Below, in pieces: positions 11,188 to 23,042 of a DNA stretch of 64,000 nt. The DNA lies in contig CM082596.2 of assembly GCA_040954595.2 (NCBI GenBank), positions 4,482,081 to 4,546,080 on the forward strand. The letters are read 5' to 3'. Within the stretch, counting starts at the first letter, position 1. Each line of letters opens with the position of its first letter. The notes beneath the pieces are model-generated. The model ran no database searches, had not been told where the DNA came from, and saw nothing but the letters and a program-made list of their open reading frames with translations. This DNA comes from Balanoglossus misakiensis (lineage: Eukaryota; Animalia; Hemichordata). Position numbers and translations under genes: made by a program.

Positions 11188-14100
11188 TGGCAACTGTGTA
11201 CCGGTACATTTGATGGCAAAAGTCTGCAAAAACATTACACTAATAGGCTGGCATTATTGCAAAATCACACGTAACTCAATGACAGTAGTAAGGATTCTCT
11301 GTAAATGAACAAAGAACGCAACCATACATCTGTACGTTTTCTGTTTTCTTGCATTCTACAGTTTATGAATTTTTTGGACGCTCTAGGCTCTGTGAAAGTA
11401 TATTGCGTTTGCCAACTGCAGCTGTTTATCTCCATATATTTAGGTCTATTTATATTTTCCATTGGACTCACAACCCTCCTAGGCCCGTGAAGTCTGAGGG
11501 GCTATTATTTTAGTGGAACAGGCGACATGCTACCGCGTAGGTTGATAATGTCAAATGGGGATGTATTATAGGGACCTGCTGTTTCTCTTATTAAATAGAA
11601 ATAATGAACTTCACCAGAAAGCGTCGTGTCTGGACTCCGAAACTTCTCTCGGGTACGATTTCCATGAGACTTTCAAAGTGGATTGGGGAACGAGGTCACA
11701 ATTACTTTGCGAACTGAAAGTAATACGGACGTCTTGGGATGCTTCTCTGTAAATCAAGTCTTCCTGTCTATGCAGATTCAAGCCCAGATCTACTTTTTGC
11801 AAATAAACAGTCGGAGGTGTATTGCTATCCGTCGGCCCGACTGTGCAGAATAAAACTTTATTATTATGACCTACTGTTCAAGAGATCCTTTATGAGATGA
11901 TGTCGACATCATATGAAATGAAATTTTTCATCTCGCTGTGAATCATCTTCATTGAAAAGTCTATACTACTAGTAAATCATGGACGACCTGACTATGAAAG
12001 CTATGTACAGAACCCTGGAAGAAACACCCTGCACAGTTGAATGTCTGTTTGATAACACCGCAAAGTCAACGTAACCTGAAACACATCTTTTGTACCGTGA
12101 TGAGTATGTATAAAGCAAAGTTAAAAAAGTTTTCCGAGAATTTCAGCCACGTAGAGAACGCTTGCAAACCATTATTCAGTACACGGTGTCACAGTCACAT
12201 TGCCCGATAGTCATGTCGATATACTGGACATTGACTGTAGGCGTAATTAGACAAGCAAGAGGCACTGTTAGATCACCCCGCACACATAAATTATCAATTA
12301 GTCGATAACATGTGTTTTTGACGGAGTGTCATGACCCGGGGAAATGATTGTATTGATTTACTGAGCATCATCACCTTGCCTGCACCGAGGTTAATCTAAC
12401 TGTCTATCAGGTAATATAACACACTTACACGGCCAGAAAATTAATACCTTATCATGCGAACAGACGTCAGAGGGTAACCACTGATGCAAGTTTGAAAATG
12501 TGGCAAATTTCTTGCTGGCGGGCGGTCGTCTTTTAATATTTTCCCTATATCCGAATAATCTGCATTTCATTAAGATTGCTGTAAAACTTCAGAGGGCAAC
12601 ATGATGATATGTGTACATCATCATTGCCGTAATCGGGATGACCTGATCTCACAGCTATTAGTGGTGTTAGTTCTAGTTTGTTTCGCCAGTGGGTCCTGGG
12701 ATGGCTACAAGCATTTATCGGGAGCTGTCCAATGTATCAGCTCAATTTCATATTACAACGTTTCCAAAGTTTTTCCAACGTAATGAAACAGACCCCATGG
12801 CCACTTCAATTACTTTCCCCGAACAACTGATGCTACAGACAAATTACACCGACAAACATCTCGTTTACTAACGTCATTGTGGAAATTATCGCCAGACTTA
12901 TAACGGGGACATCGATAAAAACTTAGAGCAGAGATCAGATCCATCTAATCATGGTAATATCACGGTCTTGTTTTATTAGATGGTGCGATGAAACATACAC
13001 TCCTTAGGGTGCTATAAATAATGATTCGACCCAACTTATTTGTCGCCTTTCTTTGATGCCATTATGTGCTTTCATTGGAGCATCGTTTTGACGTATCATT
13101 ACACACTTTTACTAGGGGAATCTGTTTGCCACAAATATATTGGAAAGCACAAGGCGACACAAGTTTGAAACTAGACATTTCTAGGCATATCAAAGTGGTA
13201 TAGAGGAAGGTTTACATTCTTATTTTATCGACATCCCTCAACAAAGATTACAAATTCGTCGTTGCTATTGACGACAATCTCTCACTTCAAAGCAGATGTC
13301 ACATAAGATGAATTTTGCAGAAGGCAAATCAAACACCTATCAATATTACGTGTCATCTTCAAAGGGAGATTCGGTTTGGAAATGTTTATAGTTGCACACT
13401 GTTGATCTGTGACCTGGTTTTACAAGTGTGATGTCATCGTTTCAAAGCTGCCATCAGTTATTTATTGCGCGCTGAAACAGAGAACACAAGCCTCTACAAT
13501 ATAATCTGTACGTGTCTGGCTTGTTCTATCTGAACCATTCTGAAATAGTTCTCGAGAAGGCCAGCACATTTTACGGCTTGACGCAAAAGAAGTGACACCT
13601 TTATATATTGAACAAATCACTTAATGATGAAAGGTAATGCCGGCACACATGTTCTCCGCTCAAACGCACAATAAATAACCGAAGGCGACTTGGAAACGAC
13701 GGCATCACCCGGGAAAAGTTGTTGAGTTTTGCCGTATGTTCGTGAGTGCGCATGGAGATTACTCGACAACAATGAGTCACAGCCTTGACAAAACAAATTA
13801 CCTGAAACCGCCTATGTTATTGCTATTCAACATAAATTGAACATCTCGGATGGATTGCAACATTCGTGAGACAGCATTCTCGGAGAGCTGATATTAAATT
13901 TGCTGTTGTCAAAGCTTAAAGAGCTTTTATTTTCACAACTACTACTGCTGAGCTAGTTTAAGAATATTGTATCTATACACATGTTTAAGGCCCATAGTTT
14001 TAAAGAATAACATCCATTCATTAACTTCATTTTGTCATGGTAATTATTATAAATGGTGTGATCAAGTAAAAAGGAAATATGTACTTTTGATTGAGGATAT

Positions 14101-17100
14101 TCAAAGACATTACCAAAATGATATAGAACCTGGAAATTGATAAAAAATCAGTCAAATCATAAAGAAGATCGACGCTAAACGAAACCGCCACTCAATCTTG
14201 AGAAGGAAAACTATACCTATTTAAGTCTGCAAGCGAGTCATTACCAGAAAATTGCTATTTTAAAAGGGAAATTTTAGATTTATGCTTGGTTTAAGATTAA
14301 TCAAGAGGGGTCATTGTATGCTCTAGGCTCATCAAGCCCTGGAGGGGACAGTGTTTTGTTTCTAGGAAAGCTACAGAAAATTTAGCATCATCACGAGACT
14401 AATGAAAATAGCTCTCAACATATGACATATGCATTCAGCGTACGTCGGGGATGGGTGTTTATGTGCCCCCGGGGGTTGATTAACGCAGCAAAATAGGGTG
14501 ATGTTCAGACGTGGGGTAGGTTATCCGAACAAGCAGAGACAGTGATTCCGGACTCAGTCTCATCTCGTCCACAGTGATTCAGTGGCGCCGATCAAACCAC
14601 CCTCCCTGAAGGCATCACGCCAGCAGAAGATCACAAATCGGGACATGTGGAAAATGGATGACGTGAATCGAATTCCTCTGCATCTAACTATCGTTCCATC
14701 TTCATTCTTAGTGATTAAGATAATTTTCGGCGGTCAGCTCCTCTGCAGTTACTTCTCATCGATTCCCCCCTGTGCATGGTGATTACCTTGACGTACAAAC
14801 TAAACCCACTCCATCGATTATCCTTAGCTTTCCTCAGACGAGTCTTTGAAAAGTACCCTGTGACATGGATTGAAGCCCAACTGCAATAAGCTTGTACTTT
14901 ATGTTTTGAATGATATCGCTTTGCAGATTTTATCTTTATTTTCAACAGTTCCTGGGCGATTAAAAGTCAATACCACAGGAGGCAATAGCAAGTATTCACA
15001 GGAAACCCACTGAAGTACATTATTTGCCAAAGAAAACAAATGGAGTGATCTTTGATGGTGAAGCCTATACGTATTAATTATGAACACACTTTTGTATCTG
15101 TTACTGTAACATTTTCACACGAGGCAGATGGTACTTGTAAGCGACTGGGCTTACGTACATGATTGGGTGTCAGACAAGACTAGTCCACGGAGTGCACTTG
15201 CGCAAAGTCAAGCTGCAGTAGTGATACATTTTCTGTCTCTTTCTCGCAAATGCTGACACTTCACGGCAAATCTTATTCTCACTCTATCCACTATCTCATG
15301 GGTTCAGCTAGTCCTTGTTAACTCACTGAAAATCTACAATCACCTTAAATTGCCAGAGGTACTTTTCGCTAACAGTTACTCGAGTAATTTTATCTGGGGA
15401 TCCTGTTTATGGAGTGAAGCTGATGATTCGTTTACCGGTCAGATTTTATGTCATACGTTATTTATCTCTTGGGATTAAATATTAAGTCTCGTTTTTCAAA
15501 AATCATTTTATTATCTTTACTGATAAGCAAGAAAACTCTTATCAGCAGTCGGTATGTGTCAAATGCAGTTATTATTTCATATTTATCTGGTGTATGCTTC
15601 ACACTGTGACATGTCTTGCTGTCTCATCGTACGAAATTGCCATATATTTTGCGTCTCGAATTTTCTTCCGTGACAAAAGGGGGCATTGTATACCATTGAA
15701 CATATTTCTTATTCATAGCATCACGAATACTACAGATAGAACTCAGGCACTGCTTCGTCACAATCAACACGACACTAGTCATGGATAAAAAAGACTTAAT
15801 ACAGACTTTAGAAAGTGTCTTTACAAAACCGAGCTCTAGCAACCTGCATGTGTTTACGACAGCAATTCGAAAACCCCACACTTTACTTGAATCCAACCAG
15901 GCCAAAGACTCAGACTCCTACAGTTTGCTCTGTTCCGTTTCAATGCAGAAGCTAATGATAGGTTGCACGCAACCTGGTTCCAAAACACCTTCCTTTATTC
16001 ATAGCAAGTACATTCATAATATGTGGAATCCAACCTGTGAAACATTAATTGTCAATAATCACAGGCGTGCTTTTCCTGACCGTAATCTACGAAAGGTTCT
16101 CTGTGTGTGTGTGCACTTTTTGATGGAAAGGGGTAGACCTTTTGTGTCCAAGCACTTCCATTTGCAGCATGGGTAAAAACGAGAAGAAGGTTTCATGGTG
16201 GGGTTTTAGACAAACACAATTTTGGTTCTCAGATTCATCATTGCTTCAGTGTTTTATGCATATATAATAAGACAGAGATCCGAGCCAGGTTTATAGGTCG
16301 GATTACCTCTCATATTAAAACCAAACAGTGTATCATATCTGCTATGAGAGATCCTATTGACTAATTTCCTGAATGTCGGAAAGGCAGCGGAAGTGATGTC
16401 TATACATTTACAAACGATGTCAACGGGGTGGTTGCATCCGATATGGGCGAATATAAGATGGCCCTCACAGCGAACTGCAACTGACTATTCATCCCTCATC
16501 CCCAACACAGCCACAGCCAAATCTATATCCGCACCCTGAGTACATTACATACTGTAGTCAGCTGCCACCAGATTTCCAGGAAAGAAAACAAGCGCCCAGA
16601 AAATTATGAAGAGGTCCTTAAATGGAATTATTGAAACCACCGCAGCAAGATAAATGAGAGCAAGATAAAATGTATAACAAATCACAACAAAGACATTATC
16701 AGGAGAAGTCAACTGAACATTCTGACTCATATAATTTTGATAAATGTGCATATACCATATATACGTGTTCATAAAACTCAATTTTACAGAGCATATGTAA
16801 GTGTCTGTAAGACTTTTTAGGCGCTCAGACAACAAATGTCATTTAAGAAGCAGTCACGTGCGTTCTCTTCTACATGATCACATAAACGTTTTAGGCACTT
16901 TTATAGTTGGTGGATATCTCAGACCTGGCGTCGATCCGTTTTCCCAAGATGCAAATTAGTGTCTTTTAAATACACAATAATGATTACAAGCCTCGGGAAC
17001 ATCAATTATGAACAGACTCAGGAGAATAATTCCACCGAGATTGCATTATTCCCCGCAGCTATAAGAAAGAGCCTTTCAAGAAGTTAAAACATCTCCATTT

Positions 17101-18163
17101 GAAGTTTAATTCAGGGAGACAGATTTATCTGAAACCTTTATAGGAATCGGCTTTGGCAGCTGAAATGAAAAGATAAAACGTGTATACCTATAATTATGGT
17201 TTGCTTTCTCGCTCATAAACATGAATAGGTGAACTTTTCCTGGAATTTATCAGTGAAACTGCCAACAGTGTTCATGAATAGCATCTATGGTGTCACGTAC
17301 ATCACTTCTTGTGCCAGAAGAGTTTACTCTTTATAGCTACCGTTTTATACATTGTATTAGTATAATTTAAGTATAGATGGAGTTGACTCAGTCTTTTCGT
17401 TATTGTCTTCAGTGAAGTTTAAGCAAACTTCTTACAACCAACAAGCTCAAGGCATCCAGATATAATAATGAATGCTACTTTTCATTCGTTGTTCTTTCCA
17501 GGGGCATGTTATTAGTAAGAATTATTTGTACAAATTGCTTTGACGTCCATCTCTCAGGAGACAAAGCAACAATGTTTGCACGAGTCCAATCATCGGCCAC
17601 TGTTCAAATTACATAAAATGTTAAACAAAGGCTACATCTGTACGCTTCGACTTATCCAGGTCACAGAACAGCTGTACAATAAAAGACCACCCATTTCCAT
17701 CATCTGAGTGCGCGATGTGCATTGATGTTCCTTCAGATATCATTTAAATCTTTGTAATTACCGGGTACGGCGCAGGCCCACCCGCCGACCTCATTCCTAG
17801 TTTCATTTCCCTAAGAGTATTGTTTCAATTCCCGCTGTGGTCTGCTCATTCTGTGAAGTTTCCACCAACTTCACTCAGAAATTAAGACCTCAGGATATGC
17901 CGTGTCCTTTGTGAACAAAACTCCATATTCCAACCGATTCCTGTGGTCAAAGGTCACATTTGACTCCAGGTAACATCCGGGGTGTAATACTAAAACGCTG
18001 TGTGCCATGACGACCAATGTTTATTAGTTACACCGGCAAATATATATGTACCGGTGGGACAAAACATTTGTAATGCGTCGCACGTAGCCGCTCAGCAAAT
18101 TCAGAGTGCTGGTCAGGAGAACTCTGTCTTGCTGATATTTGCACCACACACAACCATTTTTTG

Positions 18164-21100
18164 TCAAACACATCCACAAGGGTCGCCGCACTGTACTTTG
18201 TTTCGCCAGATCTCGTGCAACTGCTCAGCTGTGTTGTCAGGCATGCTGTACATGTCTGGCTGACACACGCGGCCACACTGCCAGTGTGGATCGACAACGT
18301 AGAGCGGATTGAGCGCAGCCAACCAAATCCCCATGGAAATGTCCTCCCCCTGATATGGGTACAGATGCCTGCAGATACAACAGAAAATCGCAAGTCTGCA
18401 GTCACTGTGCGGTGAGTCTTGCCATTCTACCGACATGTTTACTGTAAAACGGGTTATTTTCACGACAGGAAATATTCGCGATATCAAAAGAGGCAACTGT
18501 TACGCGAGGATTAATTTATGCGTTCTCGTATATCACTAACTACATGGTTATCTCCGAAAAACATTTTACACGACTTTAAGTGCCACTTATACAACTGCCC
18601 AATCCACCGCACTTCCCTTTTAAGAAGAAACATTTGCTCTAGTAAGTATTTAATCTACAAGTTACTTGGTACCGAATAAAGTATCGGTACCCCCTCTAGT
18701 TGTGTATTTATCATAAGTGGAGTAAAGGCGCCCTCTGGTGTTATAGCTGTTGGTGACAAGTGTAACTATGCTCGCTCTTATGAAGTACACCCTCTAGTGT
18801 TGCATTCTGCAAATTCTACTGTTACTTACATTGAGTTGCTTGCTATCCAATGCACTATGTCCGCAGATACCACATATCCTGATCCACATGCAAATGCCGG
18901 ATATTCCTTGCCAGTGTACGCCAGATCTGTCCACTTGCCATAGTGATTGACTTCCCAGTGTCTGCGGAATTGGCTCCACCATATGTTGCTGTGGTCCCTC
19001 AAGTTTTGTTTGTTGACAGCCTGTAGGTGGTAGAGACAAGAAAGAAGTTGTGAATACTATATGATCTGTTGCTCACTGCAAGATAATCAACATAGCAATG
19101 GGTTGCTAGCCAGGTAAGTCTAGTCAAGCTTTGTATGAAACTAGAGTTTAACAAAATTGGGGCAGAGTTTAACAACAATTGTAACTTCTGCGTCGTGTCA
19201 CAGGATGGGTCGTGTCACTCGACCAAGGGTAATGAATGTAGGTCCTGTTGAGTATAAACTTGATTTGAAACAGCACAGGACAGAAATCCCCTCAATCAAC
19301 TCACCTGAAGTATTGCACTCACATCAATGTAACAGTCATCATCCGTTTTTAAAAGAAGGTCAAATGATACGTATTTTGATAACCTATAAAATGGAAAGAG
19401 AGATAATTTTAAATTCTCATTTCGTTATGAGTTACCATACGTCACTGTTCGTCATTATTGCGTTTTTCTCTTTTCTGAGTACCCTTGTGTTCAAGTCTGT
19501 TGAAAATGAACACCACTATGAAAGTTATTTGCATTCATTTTACAAAGTCATTTCATTGTAATGACCTAACAATACACTCACCAATCATTGAAATGGATTA
19601 TCTTTTTTGGTATATTCCTGTAGACATCTATTTCATTTACAAGTAGAATATCACTGTAATTGGATATTTCTTCCTTGAGTTTTGTTTCCTCATCCAGCTT
19701 GTCTCTGTTCCAGTCTTCCATCATTTCATTGTGTTCAGCTACAACTATTTTCAAGTTACCGCTCTCTGTCAAAATGATTCATCAAACTCAGCTGATCACA
19801 TGAACTGATTACACATGTATGTAAAGGACACAAAAATTGACATCATCAGCTGTACTCACCATGAAGGACATACATGAAATTGCCTGCTATGTAATGAAAA
19901 ATGTCCCCATGCAACTCCTCTTCAAAAACTGGAAATTCATCCTCAATGAGACCATAGCGACTGCTCTAATCATTGACATGAAGAAAGAAAGAGAGAGAAG
20001 TCAATAATCGATATTTCAATTTTTAAATATTGTCTACGATGATAATGGTAATTCAAGATAAACATACCTTCCTAAAATTGATGACACCTCCTCCAGTGTT
20101 GACAGAAATTTGTGACTTTCTGCGAGTGTTTGCTGTGTCATTGCTTGTGAAGTTTTCGGCCACAATTGTTCCCTTAAAATCCTGTAATAACAAGAGAATA
20201 ACGATACTGCCAATAGTTGACACTGTAACTGCATTGTACACATGTATATGGGCAAGGAATATGTACAAACATGTACCAGAATCTTGGTAATGATAGTGAA
20301 AGAGTTTCTTACCTTTGGTAGTACATAAGGCTCAACAACCTTAAATCTAAAATGCCCAATCAGAATACCTGGATCGTCACTGTTGAATGTAACACTCACT
20401 ATCTCATCCTTGGGAGAGAGAAAAAAAGCAATAAACTGATTTGTTTGGTTTTATTCCTTTACATTATACATGTAGGCTGAGGTAGAAATGTTGTTGATGT
20501 CATAAACTACATGTGCACATTCAAGCCTGGGTCACTTATGGTATTGGTTTAATTACAGTAAATTTCAACTGGACTAAGCCCTTTAAATAAGTTTAAACAC
20601 AGCTTTATCAATTTCCCTAAACTCATGTCACTAACCTGCCCTATGGTGTCGTATAACTTGACTTTCAGGTGAGCTGTTTCTATCCCATCTCTACCACTGT
20701 CAAACACTCCAAGTCGTGTAATCACAATGTCACGATTAACCTGAAATAAAAACAATGGAGTCATTAAATTTTAAAACGAAACAATTTGATGTAATGTTGG
20801 TGATGGTACATCAGTGCAAGAGACTTTGTTCGATGAAACCACTAATATTGCATAGTGATCAAAAAGAGAAGAAAAAAAGGTATATTCATCAGTCTTATCC
20901 TGTTACCTGGAAATCCTGACCAAGAGGTCCCTGGTGATTCACAGCTTCAGCTTCTAAGTCATCTATCTCATATGCCTGTAGTTCTTTGTCTAGAACTGAA
21001 CAAAGAAGAAGGTTTAAGCAACATTTGGTTCTTTTTCATAGTATCAAACAAAGATAACTCCGCTCAGCATTTGTTGAATCATCTCAAATTTGTTGACTGC

Positions 21101-22172
21101 CCATGCCGAGAGTCAAAAATCAAAAAGCCTAACATAATATTCAAAATACCCAGGTGTACGGCTACTACAGCTAATGCTATGTTAATGACGTACACCCTTA
21201 TTGTTCATCCACCACTGATATTTAAATTCTGTGCATTCGTAGTTCAATCGTAACAGTACCTACCTTCATCTGTAATATTAAGTAATTCACATTCATACTC
21301 GTTTTGTCTCAGAGCTGCCGGAATTTCACAGGCATCAGAACCAATGATGAATTTCACCAGTACACTACAATATTAATTTCAAAGAAAACATGTTACACTT
21401 GTATGGAATGTATGCAGATATGTAATGGAATCCAATCAAATGCAAATTTGTGGAAATTAGCATGATTTTTGGTCTAATCTTATTATTTGTTTATCATAAA
21501 CATACCTTGTTTTGTTGATTTCATCAGTGTAGAGAGTTTTTAACCATGTGTTTCTCAATGCCTGTCTGAGCTGGAAATTGTCTCTGGCAGAAACAATACC
21601 AATCACCAACTCATAATGTACAAGTCCTCTGCGAAATGCATCTGTAAAAGACACAAAAACATTTTGTTTTCAAAATACTATGAAGCAGTGAATGACCATC
21701 ATGAAACGAACATATTTTCTAGTGAAATGTCACATTTTTCTTCTGGTCAAACAAAACACACATGCTAATCTATCGGTTTGTACATCGTACCGTCTTTAGA
21801 TCTTTGTTGTCGTCTGCTAGTGTCGTCTGCTGTACTGTAGCGAAAGGGGGCGGAACCAGCAGAACGAGAATAGCAAAACTTTTGCGAAAATAGTGGCGGA
21901 GTCTAGCTCTACAGCTGACTTCACTTCAGTCAGTTTGGATGACGGTCAGGGGCATATTTGTGGCACGTGAAAAAGCTATAAAAAGCAACATTCTTCGTCA
22001 GCCACCATAGTGGGTGTGTCCGGCAACAAATGTAAACAAACCGTGACTGACCGTATGTCTGCTGCACGCTGGCCAACAAAGTGGTTGGTATGCCCAGATA
22101 CGCGGACAACACAGCAATGACGATTACTCCGAACGATAGCAGCTGAAAATGAGCCACGCGACAGTTCAGCAT
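18164..22172 (-). CDS. B3GALNT2: UDP-GalNAc:beta-1,3-N-acetylgalactosaminyltransferase 2 (GT31), 12 coding exons, ~508 aa
   Basis: Exons (minus): 22172-22052, 21641-21506, 21364-21264, 20995-20907, 20740-20636, 20408-20313, 20181-20068, 19965-19860, 19765-19582, 19383-19305, 19020-18830, 18368-18164; all GT-AG, phases consistent, total 1527 nt. N-terminal signal anchor; IGIVSARDNFQLRQALRNTW, VLVKFIIG..CEIP, DVYRNIPKK, LLKTDDDCYIDV, YPAFACGSGYVVS, YQGEDISMGIWL, C-terminal CGDPCGC, all matching vertebrate B3GALNT2. AATAAA on minus strand at 18020-18025. Confidence 0.93.
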
Positions 22173-22412
22173 CGCTGTACCTCAAATAGCACCTCAAATT
22201 GACTCGAAACTCCAAACGACTAAATCCTTCGTGGCGGCTGACATATTGGAATTGCAGTGCATTGTGGGAGATTTACATGGCCGATGACCCCGAGGGCAGG
22301 GACAGAGGTCACTGACTGAGTTTGAGTTTTGGCGTTAGAAACCTAAGTACAAACTCGCTTAGTTAACGACCAGTGCCAACAGATCCCGTCTTCCCTAAAT
22401 GTCAGTAATAAT
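22173..22412. promoter_or_regulatory. Compact bidirectional promoter between B3GALNT2 and the F-box/WD40 gene, with a ZNF143/Staf-type site
   Basis: B3GALNT2 ATG at 22172 (-) and a plus-strand 5'-UTR donor (AT|GTGAGT, intron from 22413) are ~240 bp apart; 22253-22270 reads CTCCCACAATGCACTGCA on the minus strand (SBS/ZNF143 consensus); YY1-like ACATGGC at 22275. Confidence 0.55.
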
Positions 22413-23042
22413 GTGAGTATTCCAACAGGAGTTCATTAGATTAGCAGAGTTCCGTGGCTTCGACATGTTGTGTCGCGGTGCAGTGGTTGGTAGGGAATGA
22501 AATCGAGTACACTATCTCCGTAATATTATTTCTACACACCTGATCAAGACTTCTCTTTCCTCATAAGGATATAATGCGTGGATCTCGATCTCTCTCTGTC
22601 TCTCTCTCGTGGTATTCAGATGACAAAGGTTGTTGAGTCTGGCGCCGACAGCATAATCGTACTGGCAAAGCGCACCCTTTATATACTCCAAAAAGTAGCA
22701 ATTCGACATCAAGCGAACGTAAAAGTAAATACCAATTGCTACATTTTAGCGGGGGGATTTCATTATGATTGGGCCAAGGGAAAGGAAGCGCCCGATTGGC
22801 GGAAAGGGATCTCCATCAGGATCCGCATGCCGATGCAAAACTCTGTATAACTCAAATAACAGTTAAACAGGGGGGGGGGGGGAGTGGGCAAAGATAGTAT
22901 TAAATTTGTATGTAGAACTTGCCTTTTATTAAGTTATTTTTATAAGTGTATTTATCACTTAAAAGTTGTTGTTTTTTCATTATCAGAAATGGCATAATAT
23001 ATGTGAAGGTGATAAGGCATTGAGAGCTGTTGGGTGCTGTGC

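Noticed and set aside
12601-12783. Short ORF with hydrophobic LLVVLVLVCFASG, possible neuropeptide precursor near the GPCR
   Set aside because: No dibasic cleavage sites, no cyclic peptide motif and no supporting exon structure.
17385-17412. Other CTGANGA...GAAA-like matches (minus strand near 17400, 27620 and 40780)
   Set aside because: Stem I or stem II cannot form, or GAAA is missing; not hammerheads.
8200-18000. Additional protein-coding gene between the GPCR and B3GALNT2
   Set aside because: Only short ORFs without recognisable motifs or a consistent exon chain; small or non-coding exons cannot be excluded.
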